A stretch of DNA of 64,000 nt from assembly GCA_964016885.1 (NCBI GenBank), contig OZ024741.1, forward strand, positions 127,162,001 through 127,226,000. Reading direction: 5' to 3'. The notes under the pieces were generated by a model that was not told the origin of the DNA, did not search any database, and was given only the letters and a program-made list of their open reading frames with translations. This DNA comes from Eledone cirrhosa. Lineage: Eukaryota. The stretch's first letter is position 1. Each line of letters starts with the position of its first letter. Shown piece by piece: positions 40,852 through 55,500 of the stretch. Made by a program: the position numbers and the translations under genes.

Positions 40852-41685
40852 CCTATGCATTCTCAAACGGTAGGACCAAAACAAATCAAATTTTACAAGT
40901 ATTAGACACCGGGAGTGTCAACATGTAATTTTTATGTTCATTTGGATTAAAACAATATGACATTTTATCTCAAATAACCTTTCTATAGTGAACTATAGCA
41001 AGCCACCACCATCACCATGACGTCACATTTGTACATGAGTGTATATGTGTCTGTGAGTGTATGTGTGTTTGCGATTTCGTTACGTACATTAGGCCTCAGA
41101 GAATTAAAACACACACATCTACATAGGTGTGCGTGAATGTATGTCTGTGTGTGTCTGTCTTAGTATATGTATGTGAGAGTGTATGTGTGTGTGAGTGTAA
41201 CTGAGAGTGTATGTGTGTGTGAGTATATGTTTGAATGAGTGTATGTGTGATAATTTTTATTTCAACGTTGGAGCTCAGAGAATTAAACACACACACACAC
41301 ATCTACACATATGTAGCGACTGACCAAAAATAAGGTGAAAAGCTATGCGTGTCTGCATGAATGTATGTCTGTGTGTGTCTATCTTAGTATATGTATGTGT
41401 GTGAGTGTGTAGCAACAATTTATTCATTTGGACACCAACAAAAAATTACACAATGAATATTGTTTACCCTAAGGTGCTTCAAGATTGACCGATTTTCATT
41501 TCTAAATTCTATTATCATTACAATTTTGATATTTTTTTTATAAAATAGAGATATTTTGAAATAATTATGAGAAAGAAAGAAAAGAACAGCAGTAACCCGT
41601 GCAACGCCAGGTAATTCAGCTAGTCCGTATATATATATTTATATATATATATATTATGTGTATATGTATGTATGATGTACGTATA

Positions 41686-41736
<51 letters not shown>

Positions 41737-41816
41737 GTGTGTGTGAGTGTGTATATATGTATGCATGAATGTATGCATGTATTTATTCGCACATACACAC
41801 ATACATACACACACAA

Positions 41817-41919
<103 letters not shown>

Positions 41920-42262
41920 TGTGTGTGTGCATGTGTGCATTTGCACGTTAGTAGAATGCAATCACCAGAGTGTTTGAAAGCTTTGCACACTTTCGTAATG
42001 TGGAAAACTTTTATAGAAAGCAACTATCAAAGATTTGTATTTATATTAAAAAACAGACGTCATTACTTCTCTGTCCCCTCCTCAAACAAAGATCATACAA
42101 GTCATCGTTATATCTGAATGTCTCCCCCTATTGGAGAATTTTCTTTTGTTTGAATTTTCTTTTACGTTTATTGTTTTTCTCTTACTGCCCTTTTTTTTAC
42201 AAGCAAAATCCCACTTTATAACGTCCTGTGTCGTGTATAATGTGTGGTTAATATAAATGAAA

Positions 42263-42295
<33 letters not shown>

Positions 42296-42296
<1 letters not shown>

Positions 42297-42485
42297 GGCG
42301 GTGAATTGGCAGTATCGGTAGAGGGTCGGACGCCATGCTTTGACGCATAGAGTTACGGCCCTTGCCATTCTGAGTTCAAATCCCGCCGAGGTTAACTTTG
42401 CCTTTCATCCTTACGGGGTCGATAAAATAAAGTACCAGTAATACACTGGGAAATTGCTGGCCTTGTGCCAAAAGTAGAAACAATT
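42296..42485 (+). mobile_element. SINE family 1, short form, within (TTA)n
   Basis: Full A/B boxes and body; its (TTA)n tail abuts the Dong element. Confidence 0.88.
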
Positions 42486-42507
42486 ATTATTATTATTATT
42501 ATTATTG

Positions 42508-45500
42508 TTCTTTGAGTCTCAGTCAGTAATGTTAGTTAACTGGAAAGTTTGTTGAAATGAATATCAAGCCACTACCTGCAGCCTCAGATATTCAGGACGT
42601 ATCGGAGGGTTCTTGCTGTTCCCAGCAAGCATGCCTTTTGAAGCGTTCCAAAAAGCGTGGCGGGGCCAATTTTCTTTAACCATCCCTGGAAACTTTTTGA
42701 GATAGTACCTAGTGCGCCTATGACAATCGGGATCACTTTGACTTCATGGCAGTTCCAAATCCTTTTTACCTCCCACTTTAAGTCCTGGTATCGGTTAATT
42801 TTCTCCCTCTCCTTCTCTTGCACTCTCGTGTCGAATGGGCAGGCCACATCCACAATCAGGCACGATCTTTTTTCTTTGTCCACAACCACCAGGTCAGGTC
42901 TATTGTGTTCCAGTTTCTTGTCCGTCTGTATCCTAAAATCCCACAGCACCTTCACCTGATCGTTTTCTATCAACGACTCTAGCTTATGCTCATACCACTT
43001 CTCAGAATGTGGTAAATTGTTTACTTTGCATAGGTGCCAGTGGATCACCCTGCCCATCACATCATGTCTCCAGCCTTTATAGTGAGTCTGGGTTAGGTGT
43101 TTACACTCGGATACAATGTGAGCCACAGTCTCCTCTCTCTCTCCACAGATCAGGTCTATTGTGTTCCAGTTTCTTGTCCGTCTGTATCCTAAAATCCCTC
43201 AGCACAGTGGGCTAGCCTCCTCCTTGAAAATATGGTGTTTCAACCACTTCGTTTTGAGGGCCTGCTCTTGTGCAGCCATTAATATTCCTTCTGTAGCCTT
43301 TTTAAGGTCTCCTCTTTTCAACCAGTTCCATGTCTGTGGATCTCTGAATTCAGTTTTCTCAAAGAAGGTACTATGAAGGGATTTTTCCTGAAGGCTGCTC
43401 TTTCTCCTTGTTGTTATTTCCTCCTTGGACATCCCCTGGTCTATTGTCCTCTCCTTCAGTACAGTTCTGAGCATTGGCTCCTTACTATCGGTCACGTATT
43501 TGTGTAGGTTGTTTTTCTCCATCTGAACACAGTCCTCTATGCTGATAAGACCTCTTCCACCTCCAGATCTCCTTAAGTAGAGTCTATCGACATCACTCCT
43601 CTTGTGGAACATGTTGTAGATAGTCAATAGCTTCCTAGTCTTCCTATCCATTTCTTTTTGTTCAGCAACATTCCATCTCAGAATTCCCGCACTGTACCTA
43701 ATAATAGTGACAGCTCGGGAATTTACTGCACTTATGGCATTCCTACTGTTCAGATGTGACTTTAATACGCTCCTTACTCTCCGAATGTATTCAGATCTTA
43801 TCAATTCCTTCATTTGTTTGTTCTTGATGTCATCAGCCTCCAGAACACCCAAATACTTGTATCCTTCTTCAGTGTCAATTTCCTTTATCATCTCACCTGT
43901 TGGTACCTGAATTCCGTTGCTTCTGCTCAATATACCCCTCTTCATCACAAGGACTCCACACTTACTAATACCAAATTGCATACATATATCATTGCTGAAA
44001 ATACGAACAGTGTCAACACATCCAACTCCTTCTCACTCTTCCCGAAGAGCTTAAGATCGTCCATGAAGTGGAGGTGATTGATGGTAAGCTCTCCCTTTCC
44101 CAACTTGTATCCTGCTCTCACTTTTCGCAGTATAATGGTCAGGGGCATCAGGGCAAGGACAAACAACAGAGGGGACAGACTATCTCCCTGGAAGATACCT
44201 CTCTTGATCTTCACGCTTTCCAAGGATTCTCCAGCTGATGTTAACTCTGTTTTCCAAGACTTCATACTTTTGCCTAACAACTGTCTAATGTTATCTGCCA
44301 CCTTGAAGATCTCTAGGTTTTTGGTGATCCAAGAATGAGGCACCATGTCAAATGCCTTTTTGTAGTCTATCCATCCCATGGCAAGACCAGTGTGTCTCCT
44401 CTTGCAATTCCTCATTACCATCTTATCAATAAGTAACTGGTCCTTTGTACCACGGGACTTCTTTCGGCATCCTTTCTGTTCGTCCGGTAACAAGTTGTTT
44501 GTGTGGAGGTGATGGTAGATTTCCTCAGACATAATGCTTGTCAACAGTTTCCACATTGCGGACAGACATGTGATAGGTCTATAGTTGGTAACATCATTAC
44601 CCTTGATTCGGTCTTTCATTACCAGAACTGTGGTACCTTTTGTCAACCACTCTGGTACCTCACCTGACATCAAGCAGTCATTGAACATGGTTGTCAGTTT
44701 CGGGTGGAGGGATGTTATATTTTAATCCAATACCCCTGCACACCATCTGGGCCAGGTGATTTCCAGTTGGTTAGTTTTTTGGCCTGCCCCTTAAGAGTTT
44801 CAACTGTGATACTCAAATCAGTTTGTTTGTGTGCCTGTTCACTAATCTCCTTTTCTGTCTCAATCCACACTGCCTGGTCATTATGTTTAACATCCTGCTC
44901 CCATATTCCTCTCCAGAATGTCTTAGTTTGTTCCGCCTCAGGGATCAAGTCGTTGCCTCTTTCTTTCCCTTCAAGCTGTCCAAACAACACCTTCTGGTTG
45001 TTGTCAAACATGCGGTTCTGTCTATACTGACTGACTCTGCTCTCGTATCGCCTAATTTTTGCATTCTTTGCTACAATGCGTTGCTTCAGTTCCTCTATGA
45101 TAATATTTAGCTTTTTCCTCCTAGTTTTGTACTTTATTTCCAGTCTATTTTTAGTGTCTATGTTTTTTAGTGTCCCATTCAGTAGGGACTCAAGCTTTCC
45201 AATGTCATTTCTCATTTACCTGATTTGACCATTCAATCGTTTCTTCCACCAAGGCTCTGATCTTTCTTGTTTGTTGTTTCCTCTCGCTTTTATGCCAAGT
45301 AATTTCCTCACCGCATTTGCTGTTGCTTTGAGGATATTGTTGCACTGGTGAAGGCTCCTCGCCTCAAGGTATAGGATGACTTTGTTTACCTTAGCTGTTG
45401 TTTCTTTTAACTTTTTCCTGTCTACAAATCTTAGGTTCATAGGTTTCCCACCATTGTTCAATTCATCTACCACTAAGTTTAGGATATCAACCAAATCTTG

Positions 45501-46160
45501 TCCTAGCCCGTCAGCATTCATATCCTCAATGGCTGTATCTTTGTTCCAGGTATTATTTATTTCAGCATTCAGATCATTGTCTGCTTCGGATGGTTCCTCC
45601 GTTCTCTCAACCTCTTCACCTTCATTTCCCACTGGCTCGTTTGCCTGGCATACTCCACTCTCCATTTCCAACCTAATCTCTCTGCTTGCTTATCCACCCA
45701 TTAGTTATTATTACCCGAGCCTACCCGGCCAATTTTTGTTCATCTAATTTAAATAGACCAATCTCGTTCCAGATGTTATGCATCCGTTTCCTATAGCCTT
45801 TTTCCTTGGGTTACTCTTCAGGTAACATTGCATAACAGTTCTATTCAATTCTTTCGTCCAGTTGGTTCTGGTCCCTTTCCTTCTTCTTCTTCCTCCGACA
45901 CCAGCAGTATTTGGTTGACAGCCAGGTCCCTGCTGCTGGGCCAGAGAGCACCTGCTGGGTGAGAGTCTGTCACATGACATTCCAGTCTCCACTTCACCGT
46001 TATTCGTACTGTTTAGGTTCGACATTTAAACACTCTTATCGAGGATTGGTGAATGTATAGTTACATAACCACCGGTGATTTTTGTGTGGCACTATCACGC
46101 TGTAGACGAACATAAATAAACAAACAAACAAATAGGTAAAAAAAAAAATCAAAAAATAAT
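42508..46160 (-). mobile_element. Near-full-length R4/Dong-like RLE retrotransposon in (TAA)n, frameshifted
   Basis: N-terminal WTKELNRTVMQCY, PWWKKRL, WKSPGPDG, NYRPITCL, WIDYKKAFDMVPH, GIFQGDSLSP, HFMDDLKL, HIVSEC, RHD, NRPDLVV..VDVACP; (AAT)n at both ends. Confidence 0.95.
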
Positions 46161-46483
46161 AATTATTATTATTATTATTATTATTGCTGTTATTATTATT
46201 ATTATTATTCATGGTATGAATTTTGTAACTATGAATGTACTTCCTTACAGTGGATGAAATGTATTCAACTAAGCTAGAGAAAAATTGCCTGAGTAAATAG
46301 AAAGAAATGGTGAAACAAATATTTTCCGTGTAGTCTTGTTTGTAGTTTTGTCAGGAATAAAATAGATATACATAATCTCTATACTCCAGAGGACAGATAG
46401 ACATATATATGTCGTGTGTGGATATGTATGTATATATGTATATATATGTGTGCGTGTGTGTGTATATACGCACACATGCATAC

Positions 46484-46615
<132 letters not shown>

Positions 46616-46816
46616 ACACGCACATGCACGCACACACACACGCACGCACACATACACACACACATAAACACGTGCAAATGTGATGCATATTAGCTGTTGT
46701 CGACAGTGGCAAACAAATTGTGAAATCCATGTTTGCAAAAATGTGATTCATAGTTAAAGGACATTAATGCTTCTCACTCTCTTTATCTCTATCTATCTAT
46801 CTGTCCTTTTCTCTCC

Positions 46817-46924
<108 letters not shown>

Positions 46925-47056
46925 TTCTCTCTCTGTCTACTTATATACATATATCATTTATTTTGAGACTTGAAACCGTACGGTAAGGGTAACTACACCA
47001 GGTACAGTGAACATTTTAAAATTTATTTTAAAACTTTTTCTTATTTGCTAAACCTT

Positions 47057-47118
<62 letters not shown>

Positions 47119-47482
47119 CCTCTCTTTCTCTCTCTCTCCCTCACTCAAGGGCATTAACCAAACTATGTGACGAGAAGCAAAATGTCTGTAACCGGAAATT
47201 GAAACCGTGTTGGGGAACTTTCCTGTCCCTGAGTTAACTTTTAATTGTAGATCATGCCGGTGGCCCGCTTGTCATATGACAGAGACTAACCAATCAGATC
47301 ATATTTGTATTACATCTAACATTATCCTACTCCAATACGATTGCACGCATACAGACACATACACGCTCCCATATACACATGTCTAAGTCGCTATGTTGTT
47401 TGTGTGTGTATGTACATAGCTACATACACTCACAGACACACAGACGCAGGGTCATCAGACAAGATATATATATTATATGTAA

Positions 47483-47581
<99 letters not shown>

Positions 47582-47699
47582 ACTACGAAATACACAATGA
47601 TGAAAGTACTTTTTTTTAATCAATTAATATTAACGGGAAGAGAGTAAAAATAGAAAAAATAGGGGGAATTAAATAATGAAACGGGGGGAAGAGAAAGGT

Positions 47700-47960
47700 G
47701 GGAGAACTCTATCACCCAGAACTGATACTAAACAGAAGGTCAGAACTAATTACCACCTGCCAACATAAGCAGAAATATTTACTGACAAAGCCAAGATATT
47801 CTGCCCAATCACAGATACTCAGCACCACCCAACTGACGCCTCAGATTATACTACTGATCGGCCATCTTCCATTGTCATGACCATTCCTAGTCATGCGTAT
47901 TATCTAACGAAGTTCGTTGATACCTACCTACACGGATACTTTCCTGGACTTAAATATATA
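47700..47960 (+). mobile_element. Hydra-type PLE 3' fragment
   Basis: PELILNRRSELITTCQHKQKYLL matches the Hydra endonuclease tail; ends at tatata. Confidence 0.65.
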
Positions 47961-48593
47961 GTTATATATTGGAATTCGGGACTGGGCGGCGCGTTGAGTC
48001 TCTGAGCAAGACACTTTGTACAATGAAGCTAGTGGTAAATGCCTTCCTGCTAACCTCCAAAACGATATTCAATACTTGGAACTTAATATCTGTGGTAAAC
48101 AAAATGAAAGCACGAAATTTGCCTTCAATTCACAGATTTATTAATTCCACTGTTACAGCCCAGCCAGATGTCAGAAACAAAAAAGAGTTACAATGATATT
48201 TGCGTCAAGTTCTTTCGGCCTTTGCCTTTCCCTTGGACAACATCAGTGGCGTGGAAGTAGGAGACTGATATGCATAGGCGTATGCTGGTTATCTACGAAA
48301 CAATTTCCCTACGCTTGTACGTTAGATAGGTACTTTCTAGGTGCAAACATATGGCCAGTCTTGAATGAAGGAGGATCCCTACTCACCAACACCACCTTTC
48401 CTCTTCTCCCTCTTCCCCCACAAACATACATACACACATATATCTAAAGAAACGTATATTTCAACGCAAGTGCATATATGTATGTATATGTGATGTATCA
48501 TTTTGTATAAATACATTTTGATATATGTGTGTGAGCGTGTGTATGTGTGTGTGAGAGAGAGAGGGGGGTAGAGAGGAGAGAGAAAGAGGGGGA

Positions 48594-48660
<67 letters not shown>

Positions 48661-48737
48661 ACTCCTTCATGATATCCAGACGGAAATTACTAGCGATATT
48701 ATTTAACATGAAATATTTACAAATATACTACTAAACC

Positions 48738-48823
<86 letters not shown>

Positions 48824-48844
48824 GTATACATATATATATATATT

Positions 48845-48913
<69 letters not shown>

Positions 48914-48988
48914 ATATATATGTATATATATATACGTATACATATATATATATATATTTATATGTGTGTATATATATATATATTTATT

Positions 48989-49041
<53 letters not shown>

Positions 49042-49060
49042 GTATACATATATATATATT

Positions 49061-49145
<85 letters not shown>

Positions 49146-49250
49146 GTGTGTGTGTGTATGCATAAATGTATAAATCTGTGTGTGTGTGTATATATAATAT
49201 ATATATGTGGGTGTCAGTGTGAGTGTGTGTGTGTGTGTGTATGTGTGTGT

Positions 49251-49336
<86 letters not shown>

Positions 49337-49548
49337 TGTATTTGTACAGCACATGGAATATAAGAACCATTTGTACAAGAGAAAGGAAACATTTCTGGCT
49401 CCAAAATGTCGTGTTTTTGTTGAAACAAAAAACAAATGACGTTATGTCATACGTAATATCAATGGCTTTTGTTTTTCTAAGTCGTCTAATGCCCTTATAT
49501 TGAAAAGTCGTTGGAAAGCTGAAGAGGGTGTAACGTTAAAAGTGTAAG

Positions 49549-49830
49549 TGCATGGCTTTGTGGTAGGGGTGTTTGACTTACGATCATAATGTCGTGAGTT
49601 CGTTTCTTGGACTGGATTGTGTGTTGTTTCTTGAGCAAAACACTTCATTTCACGTTGCTCCAGTATATTCAGCTGAAAATGAGTACCAGAAATAGCTCGA
49701 GGTTTAAACCTGTGATGGACTGATGGCACCCTGTCCAGGGGGGAGTCTTGCACTCTTAGTTGCTTAACGTCACGAAAACCGGGATAAGCACGGATCTGAT
49801 GAGCATCCGAGTTCGCCACAGACTTTAAAC
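49549..49830 (+). mobile_element. SINE family 2 (CORE-like)
   Basis: Homologous to 2166-2440. Confidence 0.8.
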
Positions 49831-50169
49831 TTTAGACTGTAAGATTCATACTTTTCCCATGAGCATTTGTTCATAAGAATATTAGTTTATCGTACGAGTA
49901 CTTGTTAATCGTAAGAGCATTTGTTGTACTAGAGAAATTCCTTTTTAGCTGGAATTAGGAACTGGGATGCGAAACGGATGCAACTGTATATGGTCTATGG
50001 TCTAATGTTTCTTTTGGGGGTGAGGAATAAAATATGCTGTGGGTATGACCCCTTACCCTTTGCAGCGAGAGAAGGGGCTGTGAAGTTTAAAAATTGTCAT
50101 ATTTAATCAAATGGAGATGTTATTTTGTTTTGTTTTTTCTAACCATTATTATCTATTATAATCATATCA

Positions 50170-50470
50170 ATGGATCTCCAGCAGTTTCGACGACGAGTAT
50201 TCCAGTTTTTCGATCAATGGAGCGGTCTACTCGTGACATTAACATTTAAGTGGCTGAGCACTCCATAGATACCGGAACCCATTATGTAATTCTCAGTGAG
50301 AATCTGTGTGACGTACTGTGTAACAAGGCCAATCCTTTGAATTACAGGTACAGTCCATTTTCTATTATAGTGTAAGCGGCTGAGTATTCCACAGACACGT
50401 GTACCCTTAATGTAATTCTTAGTGAGATTCTGCGTGACAAAGCCAGTCCTTTGAATTACAATTACTGTCC
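50170..50470 (-). mobile_element. SINE family 3 body, partly duplicated
   Basis: Reverse complement of the 1410-1695 and 59560-60430 motifs. Confidence 0.65.
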
Positions 50471-50882
50471 ATTCGATGGGTTTCCAAACAGTTTCTGTTT
50501 CACCAAATTCTCCTCGCAAAGCACTCAGTAGAATTAAATACGGGAAAATCAGACACGGAATCTAATAATTACGAAGCGAACTTGTTAAACGATCGACCAA
50601 CATTCATCCATACAGGTAAGTACACATATACGCTTATGCATACACACACTCATACATACAAACAACCAAATATACACACACACACATAAATGTGTGTGGT
50701 GGCGTGTGAGCGTGTGGGTGTCTGTGTATGTATGTGAGGACATCGTTTTAAATACAATTTCCGGAAATCGTGGAATCTACGCAAAACATTCATACAATAA
50801 TGTTACAAATATATATTATATTCCAGCTAAGTGTACAATATAATATACACATATATATATATACATATAAATACATACATAC

Positions 50883-50956
<74 letters not shown>

Positions 50957-50993
50957 CTGTTAGCTTCTCGCTAAAACAATCTCTATACCTCTC

Positions 50994-51056
<63 letters not shown>

Positions 51057-51109
51057 ATTATATATATATATATATATGTATGTATATATACACACACACA
51101 CATATATAA

Positions 51110-51144
<35 letters not shown>

Positions 51145-51271
51145 GATAATTATATATGTATTTATATTATGTATATATGTATATATATATAACAATATAT
51201 ATACATATGTTCAAATCATAAGGGATATAAAACCTGTGTTTGTATGTATATATGTATGTGTGTGCGCGTGC

Positions 51272-51331
<60 letters not shown>

Positions 51332-51751
51332 GTATGTGGGCACAAATTGCTTTCTTTCTCGAACTATTCATTTCCTTTTTAGTGTTCAAGATGGCGCACT
51401 GTCGTCTGGTTTGACCTACGATATTCAAATAATACAAAACGTGTATTTCCTGGCTTGATTGTTTTTTGCCGGGTATATTTTTGTTTTGTTTTCTTTTGTT
51501 TTCTTATTAATTGTGTTTCAGTTTTTATGAATGTTACTACATTTAATGATTTCAACAACAGCTGAATGTTTGAAAGTTACACATACACATATGTATAAGA
51601 GGAAATACATTTATATATATATGAAAATTGAGTTAGAAGATCTCGCTGTAACTTTGACTAAATAAAATAAGATAGTAACAGGTTGTATAAATCTACTGAC
51701 ATATGTTCTGATGCCGGCTTTTTCCGTTCAGTGAGTTTGTACGCCCCGTTA

Positions 51752-51965
51752 TGGGATTGGCAGTATCGGTAGAGAGTCGGACACCATGCTTTGCAGCATA
51801 GAGTTACGGCCCTTTACGGTCTGAGTTCAAATCACGCCGAGGTTAACTTTGCCTTTCATCTTTACGGGGTCGATACAATAAAGCACCAGTAATGTACTGG
51901 GGTCGATTTAATCGACGTTCCTCTCCCCCAAATTACTGGCCTTGTGCCTCTACTAGAAATCATTA
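51752..51965 (+). mobile_element. SINE family 1, long form
   Basis: ggattggcagtatcggtagag..ggggtcgatttaatcgac..ggccttgtgcc. Confidence 0.85.
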
Positions 51966-52110
51966 TTAGACTATTGCACTCAATGCTGTTAAGAGGTAAG
52001 CCTCGTGTTGGGTTCTATTCTGGAGTTAAGGTTGGTGTGGTGTGCAGAGTGTAAATAAGAGTAAGTAGTAGAATCGAAGTCAGTGCTACAGTATATGCAC
52101 AAACTTTATT

Positions 52111-52201
52111 GACATATTACAATTGTTTCCATATCGATCAGCTCAGAGTACAATCATAATGAAGGGGCACGGTTCTTCTTCGACATCTCCTCAGATATGG
52201 C
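52111..52201 (-). ncRNA. Type I hammerhead with extended stem II
   Basis: Minus: gccatat CTGAGGA gatgtcga ... tcgatatg GAAA caattg TA atatgtc; palindromic stem III. Confidence 0.75.
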
Positions 52202-52227
52202 AGTTTACATGTGCAAAGACACATCTA

Positions 52228-52283
<56 letters not shown>

Positions 52284-52314
52284 AGATCAAAAGATGGTTA
52301 AAGGAGTTCCATGT

Positions 52315-52383
52315 ATTTTATTATGCGCATTTCAAAAACAAACATCATCATGCAATAATATTTGTGTTTTCATCAGATAAAAC
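52315..52383 (-). ncRNA. Type I hammerhead ribozyme
   Basis: Minus: gttttat CTGATGA aaacacaaatatt..gatgtttgttttt GAAA tgcgca TA ataaaat. Confidence 0.78.
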
Positions 52384-52469
52384 AGGAGAACATGATATGA
52401 AGGCTAAAAAACACTTGTGGATAGTGCAGTTTTAAATCAACATATATATATAGTTTAGATGTGTCTTTG

Positions 52470-52527
<58 letters not shown>

Positions 52528-52530
<3 letters not shown>

Positions 52531-52720
52531 GTAGATGTTGTTTCCCGCTGCTTGTGCAAGAACGGAGTTAAATATTAATTTAAAAAGAGCAGAAGGCCGG
52601 ACTGGATACTTTCCTTCAATCTTTTAATTTTGTGAAAACACTATACGTATTTTAATGGCCCAGTTTCATCACTCGATCATGATGCAAGACTTAGGCGATT
52701 TCATCAGTTGTGAATAGCAA
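52528..52720 (-). mobile_element. PLE-terminus family with degenerate HHR
   Basis: Homologous to 25840-26010. Minus CTGATGA aatcgcc..ggccatt AAAA tacgta TA gtg. Confidence 0.55.
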
Positions 52721-52861
52721 AATTAGTAGTTAAGATAACAGGATTACGGTGAACACAAACAGAGAATAGAAAATAGATTTGGTTCGAGAATGCCTTGCCA
52801 ATTTGTTGTTATTGTAACGGCTGGTACATACATATGTATATATATATATATTTATATATAT

Positions 52862-53103
52862 ATACTCTGCTATGTATTGAATGCCTTACTTACTGTGGTT
52901 ACCTCCGATTCAACCCGGAATATCTTACCTATATATATATATATATATATATATAGTTATTCCGGGTTGAATCGGAGGTAACCACAGTAAGTAAGGTACT
53001 CTATACATAGCAGAGTATAAAAGTTTTAATATAGATGAGATTCTACAGGACTAGAACTGTTTCATTCTCAAGAATGAAACAGTTCTCGTCCTGTAGAATC
53101 TCA

Positions 53104-53112
<9 letters not shown>
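52862..53112. mobile_element. Double fold-back cassette (family G)
   Basis: 52862-52921 and 52959-53019 are inverted around (TA)n; 53028-53068 and 53071-53112 form a second hairpin. Single copy at 26712-26830. Confidence 0.8.
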
Positions 53113-53172
<60 letters not shown>

Positions 53173-53182
53173 AGAGAAAGAG

Positions 53183-53237
<55 letters not shown>

Positions 53238-54011
53238 CGAAGTTGGAAATAGCACAGAAAATATATTTTAGGGTCTGTTTTTCTGTTTTTTCCTTTCTTT
53301 GATTCGTCAAAGTGATATTATTGAAAAAATGAGAGGGACAATTCTTTTAAAAAAGAGTTTTGTAATGTATATAAAGTATATAAAGTATTATATATATATG
53401 TATATGCCTGTAGGAGTCTGTATCAGTGTTTACACATGTGTCTGTGTTTAGGTTGCTTAACCTATCGGTTCAATAAAAAGGATCGATAAAATAAGTACCA
53501 GATTTGAAAACAAATAAGTCCTGGCGTTATCACTATTTTATTCTTTCTGTTAATCTACAACCCAACATAAACATATGTTTTCTGGAAGTATGTTCAAATT
53601 TGGGCTTTGAAACCTATATTTATATATATATATATAGTAAGAATATTTTCGAAACAGCGAGTGGGTTTGAAATTATTAGAAATGTAAGTTATCGCCGTAT
53701 TTTGACTAAAGAAATTAAAGAAATTATTTAGCCTGATAGTGGGGTTAAGAACCCTCGGAGAAATGGAAAAAGATGAGTATTGACGTACATGTACGTCAAC
53801 ACTCATCATCATATAATACTCCATAACATATATGTGACTATAGCGTCAAAATTGGAAAATAGTTAACATAAGATATGGGAAAAATAATTCAGACTCAATT
53901 CAAAAGGAATCAGGATATAGATTTATCCAACAGAATTTAGAGAAATCCAGGGAAAAATCAATAGAGCCTTAACTCATGATAAAACATGATATATATATAT
54001 ATATATATATA

Positions 54012-54088
54012 TTACCCACTCTACTACCTCAAGTATTGAGTACTTTGGTGCGTTATGGTCCACCTGGTTCCTTACCACATTTCCTTCG

Positions 54089-54091
<3 letters not shown>
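54012..54091 (+). mobile_element. Solo family B 3' end in (TA)n
   Basis: ttacccactctactacc..ttccttcgtta(ta)n. Confidence 0.8.
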
Positions 54092-54157
<66 letters not shown>

Positions 54158-54223
54158 GTTTTTCTCACATATATACATATATGTGTGTGTGAGGAAAACC
54201 ACAGACCCTCCATCTCAACTCTA

Positions 54224-54259
54224 CTTTTGAAAAGCAGAAGAACTGCGAAACCGGTAAAG
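54224..54259 (+). ncRNA. Minimal hammerhead, U3-A8 variant
   Basis: ctt TTGAAAA gcag aagaa ctgc GAAA ccgg TA aag; perfect stem II and palindromic stem III ACCGGT. Confidence 0.65.
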
Positions 54260-54392
54260 GAACCAAATAAATATATATATATATTTTAAAATAAGACTCC
54301 AGTTGCATTTTCGATTTCATATTTTTTTTCTTTATACTTTCACTCGTGTAGGACACCTCGGTTATTTTACATTTTGTAAAAAAAAACCTCAC

Positions 54393-54469
<77 letters not shown>

Positions 54470-54569
54470 AATAAGGGCGCTGCGGAGTTGCAAATGGGTT
54501 ACATATGAAAAAAGTTTGTCCTTCATCAGTGATCTTCCAACTATCATAGGTATTTCATCGCTTTAAAGA

Positions 54570-54623
<54 letters not shown>

Positions 54624-54626
<3 letters not shown>

Positions 54627-54826
54627 TCCAGAGTTGACATTGCACTCAGTGCTCCTTTGGGAGCCCCTACATGGACACACTAGAAGTGGAAGACCAAGGT
54701 TAAGGTATGTTGATGCCCTAAGGACAGACACTGGTCTGTTGGAGACGCAGGACATGGCAGCGATAATGAGGGACAGAGACCGCTGGAGAGAACTCGTCCA
54801 TGGATCTCGGGAATTTTACCCGCCTT

Positions 54827-54828
<2 letters not shown>
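54624..54828 (+). mobile_element. RTE-X-like retrotransposon 3' end inserted in (TA)n
   Basis: LLWEPLHG..GRPRLRYVDALRTDTG..MRDRDRWRELV..*, flanked by (TA)n. Confidence 0.8.
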
Positions 54829-54866
<38 letters not shown>

Positions 54867-55114
54867 TAGATTGAGTTAGAAACTCAAAATAGTCTTTTAC
54901 AATTAAATAACTCAAAGAAGGGAGTCTTTCCGAGCCGTGTAATATAAATGGATATATGAGAGGGATAAACACAGATATAAGTATACACGTGTTCCAATTG
55001 TAAATGACCAAGTTAGCTTGGTCAGAACACATGTATACTTATATCTGTCTTCATCCCTCTCATATATCCATTTATATATATATAAATATACATTTAAATA
55101 CACACATATATACA

Positions 55115-55191
<77 letters not shown>

Positions 55192-55460
55192 GAGGGGGTG
55201 TTTTTGTATAAACTTTTAACCGTTGGTATTCATCCGCTGAGCTGTGAAATAGACACACATATACAAAGGGAGCATTCTAAAACACACACATACAGCTTAT
55301 TTGGTTTATATGATGCCACAACTAACATTACATTGTATGAGTTTTATGTCGTTTCCAAGAGAAGGATGACGGACCAAGTGATGCGTTTATGAGAATCTAA
55401 TGAGAAATTAATATGTTGTGTTTCTGATATTCCTTAGTGCATTTATTGCTGTAACTGTTG

Positions 55461-55469
55461 GAAGAAGAA

Positions 55470-55500
<31 letters not shown>

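Noticed and set aside
41950-42030. Possible R4 RLE C-terminal relic (TKVCKAFK)
   Set aside because: The match is too short to call.
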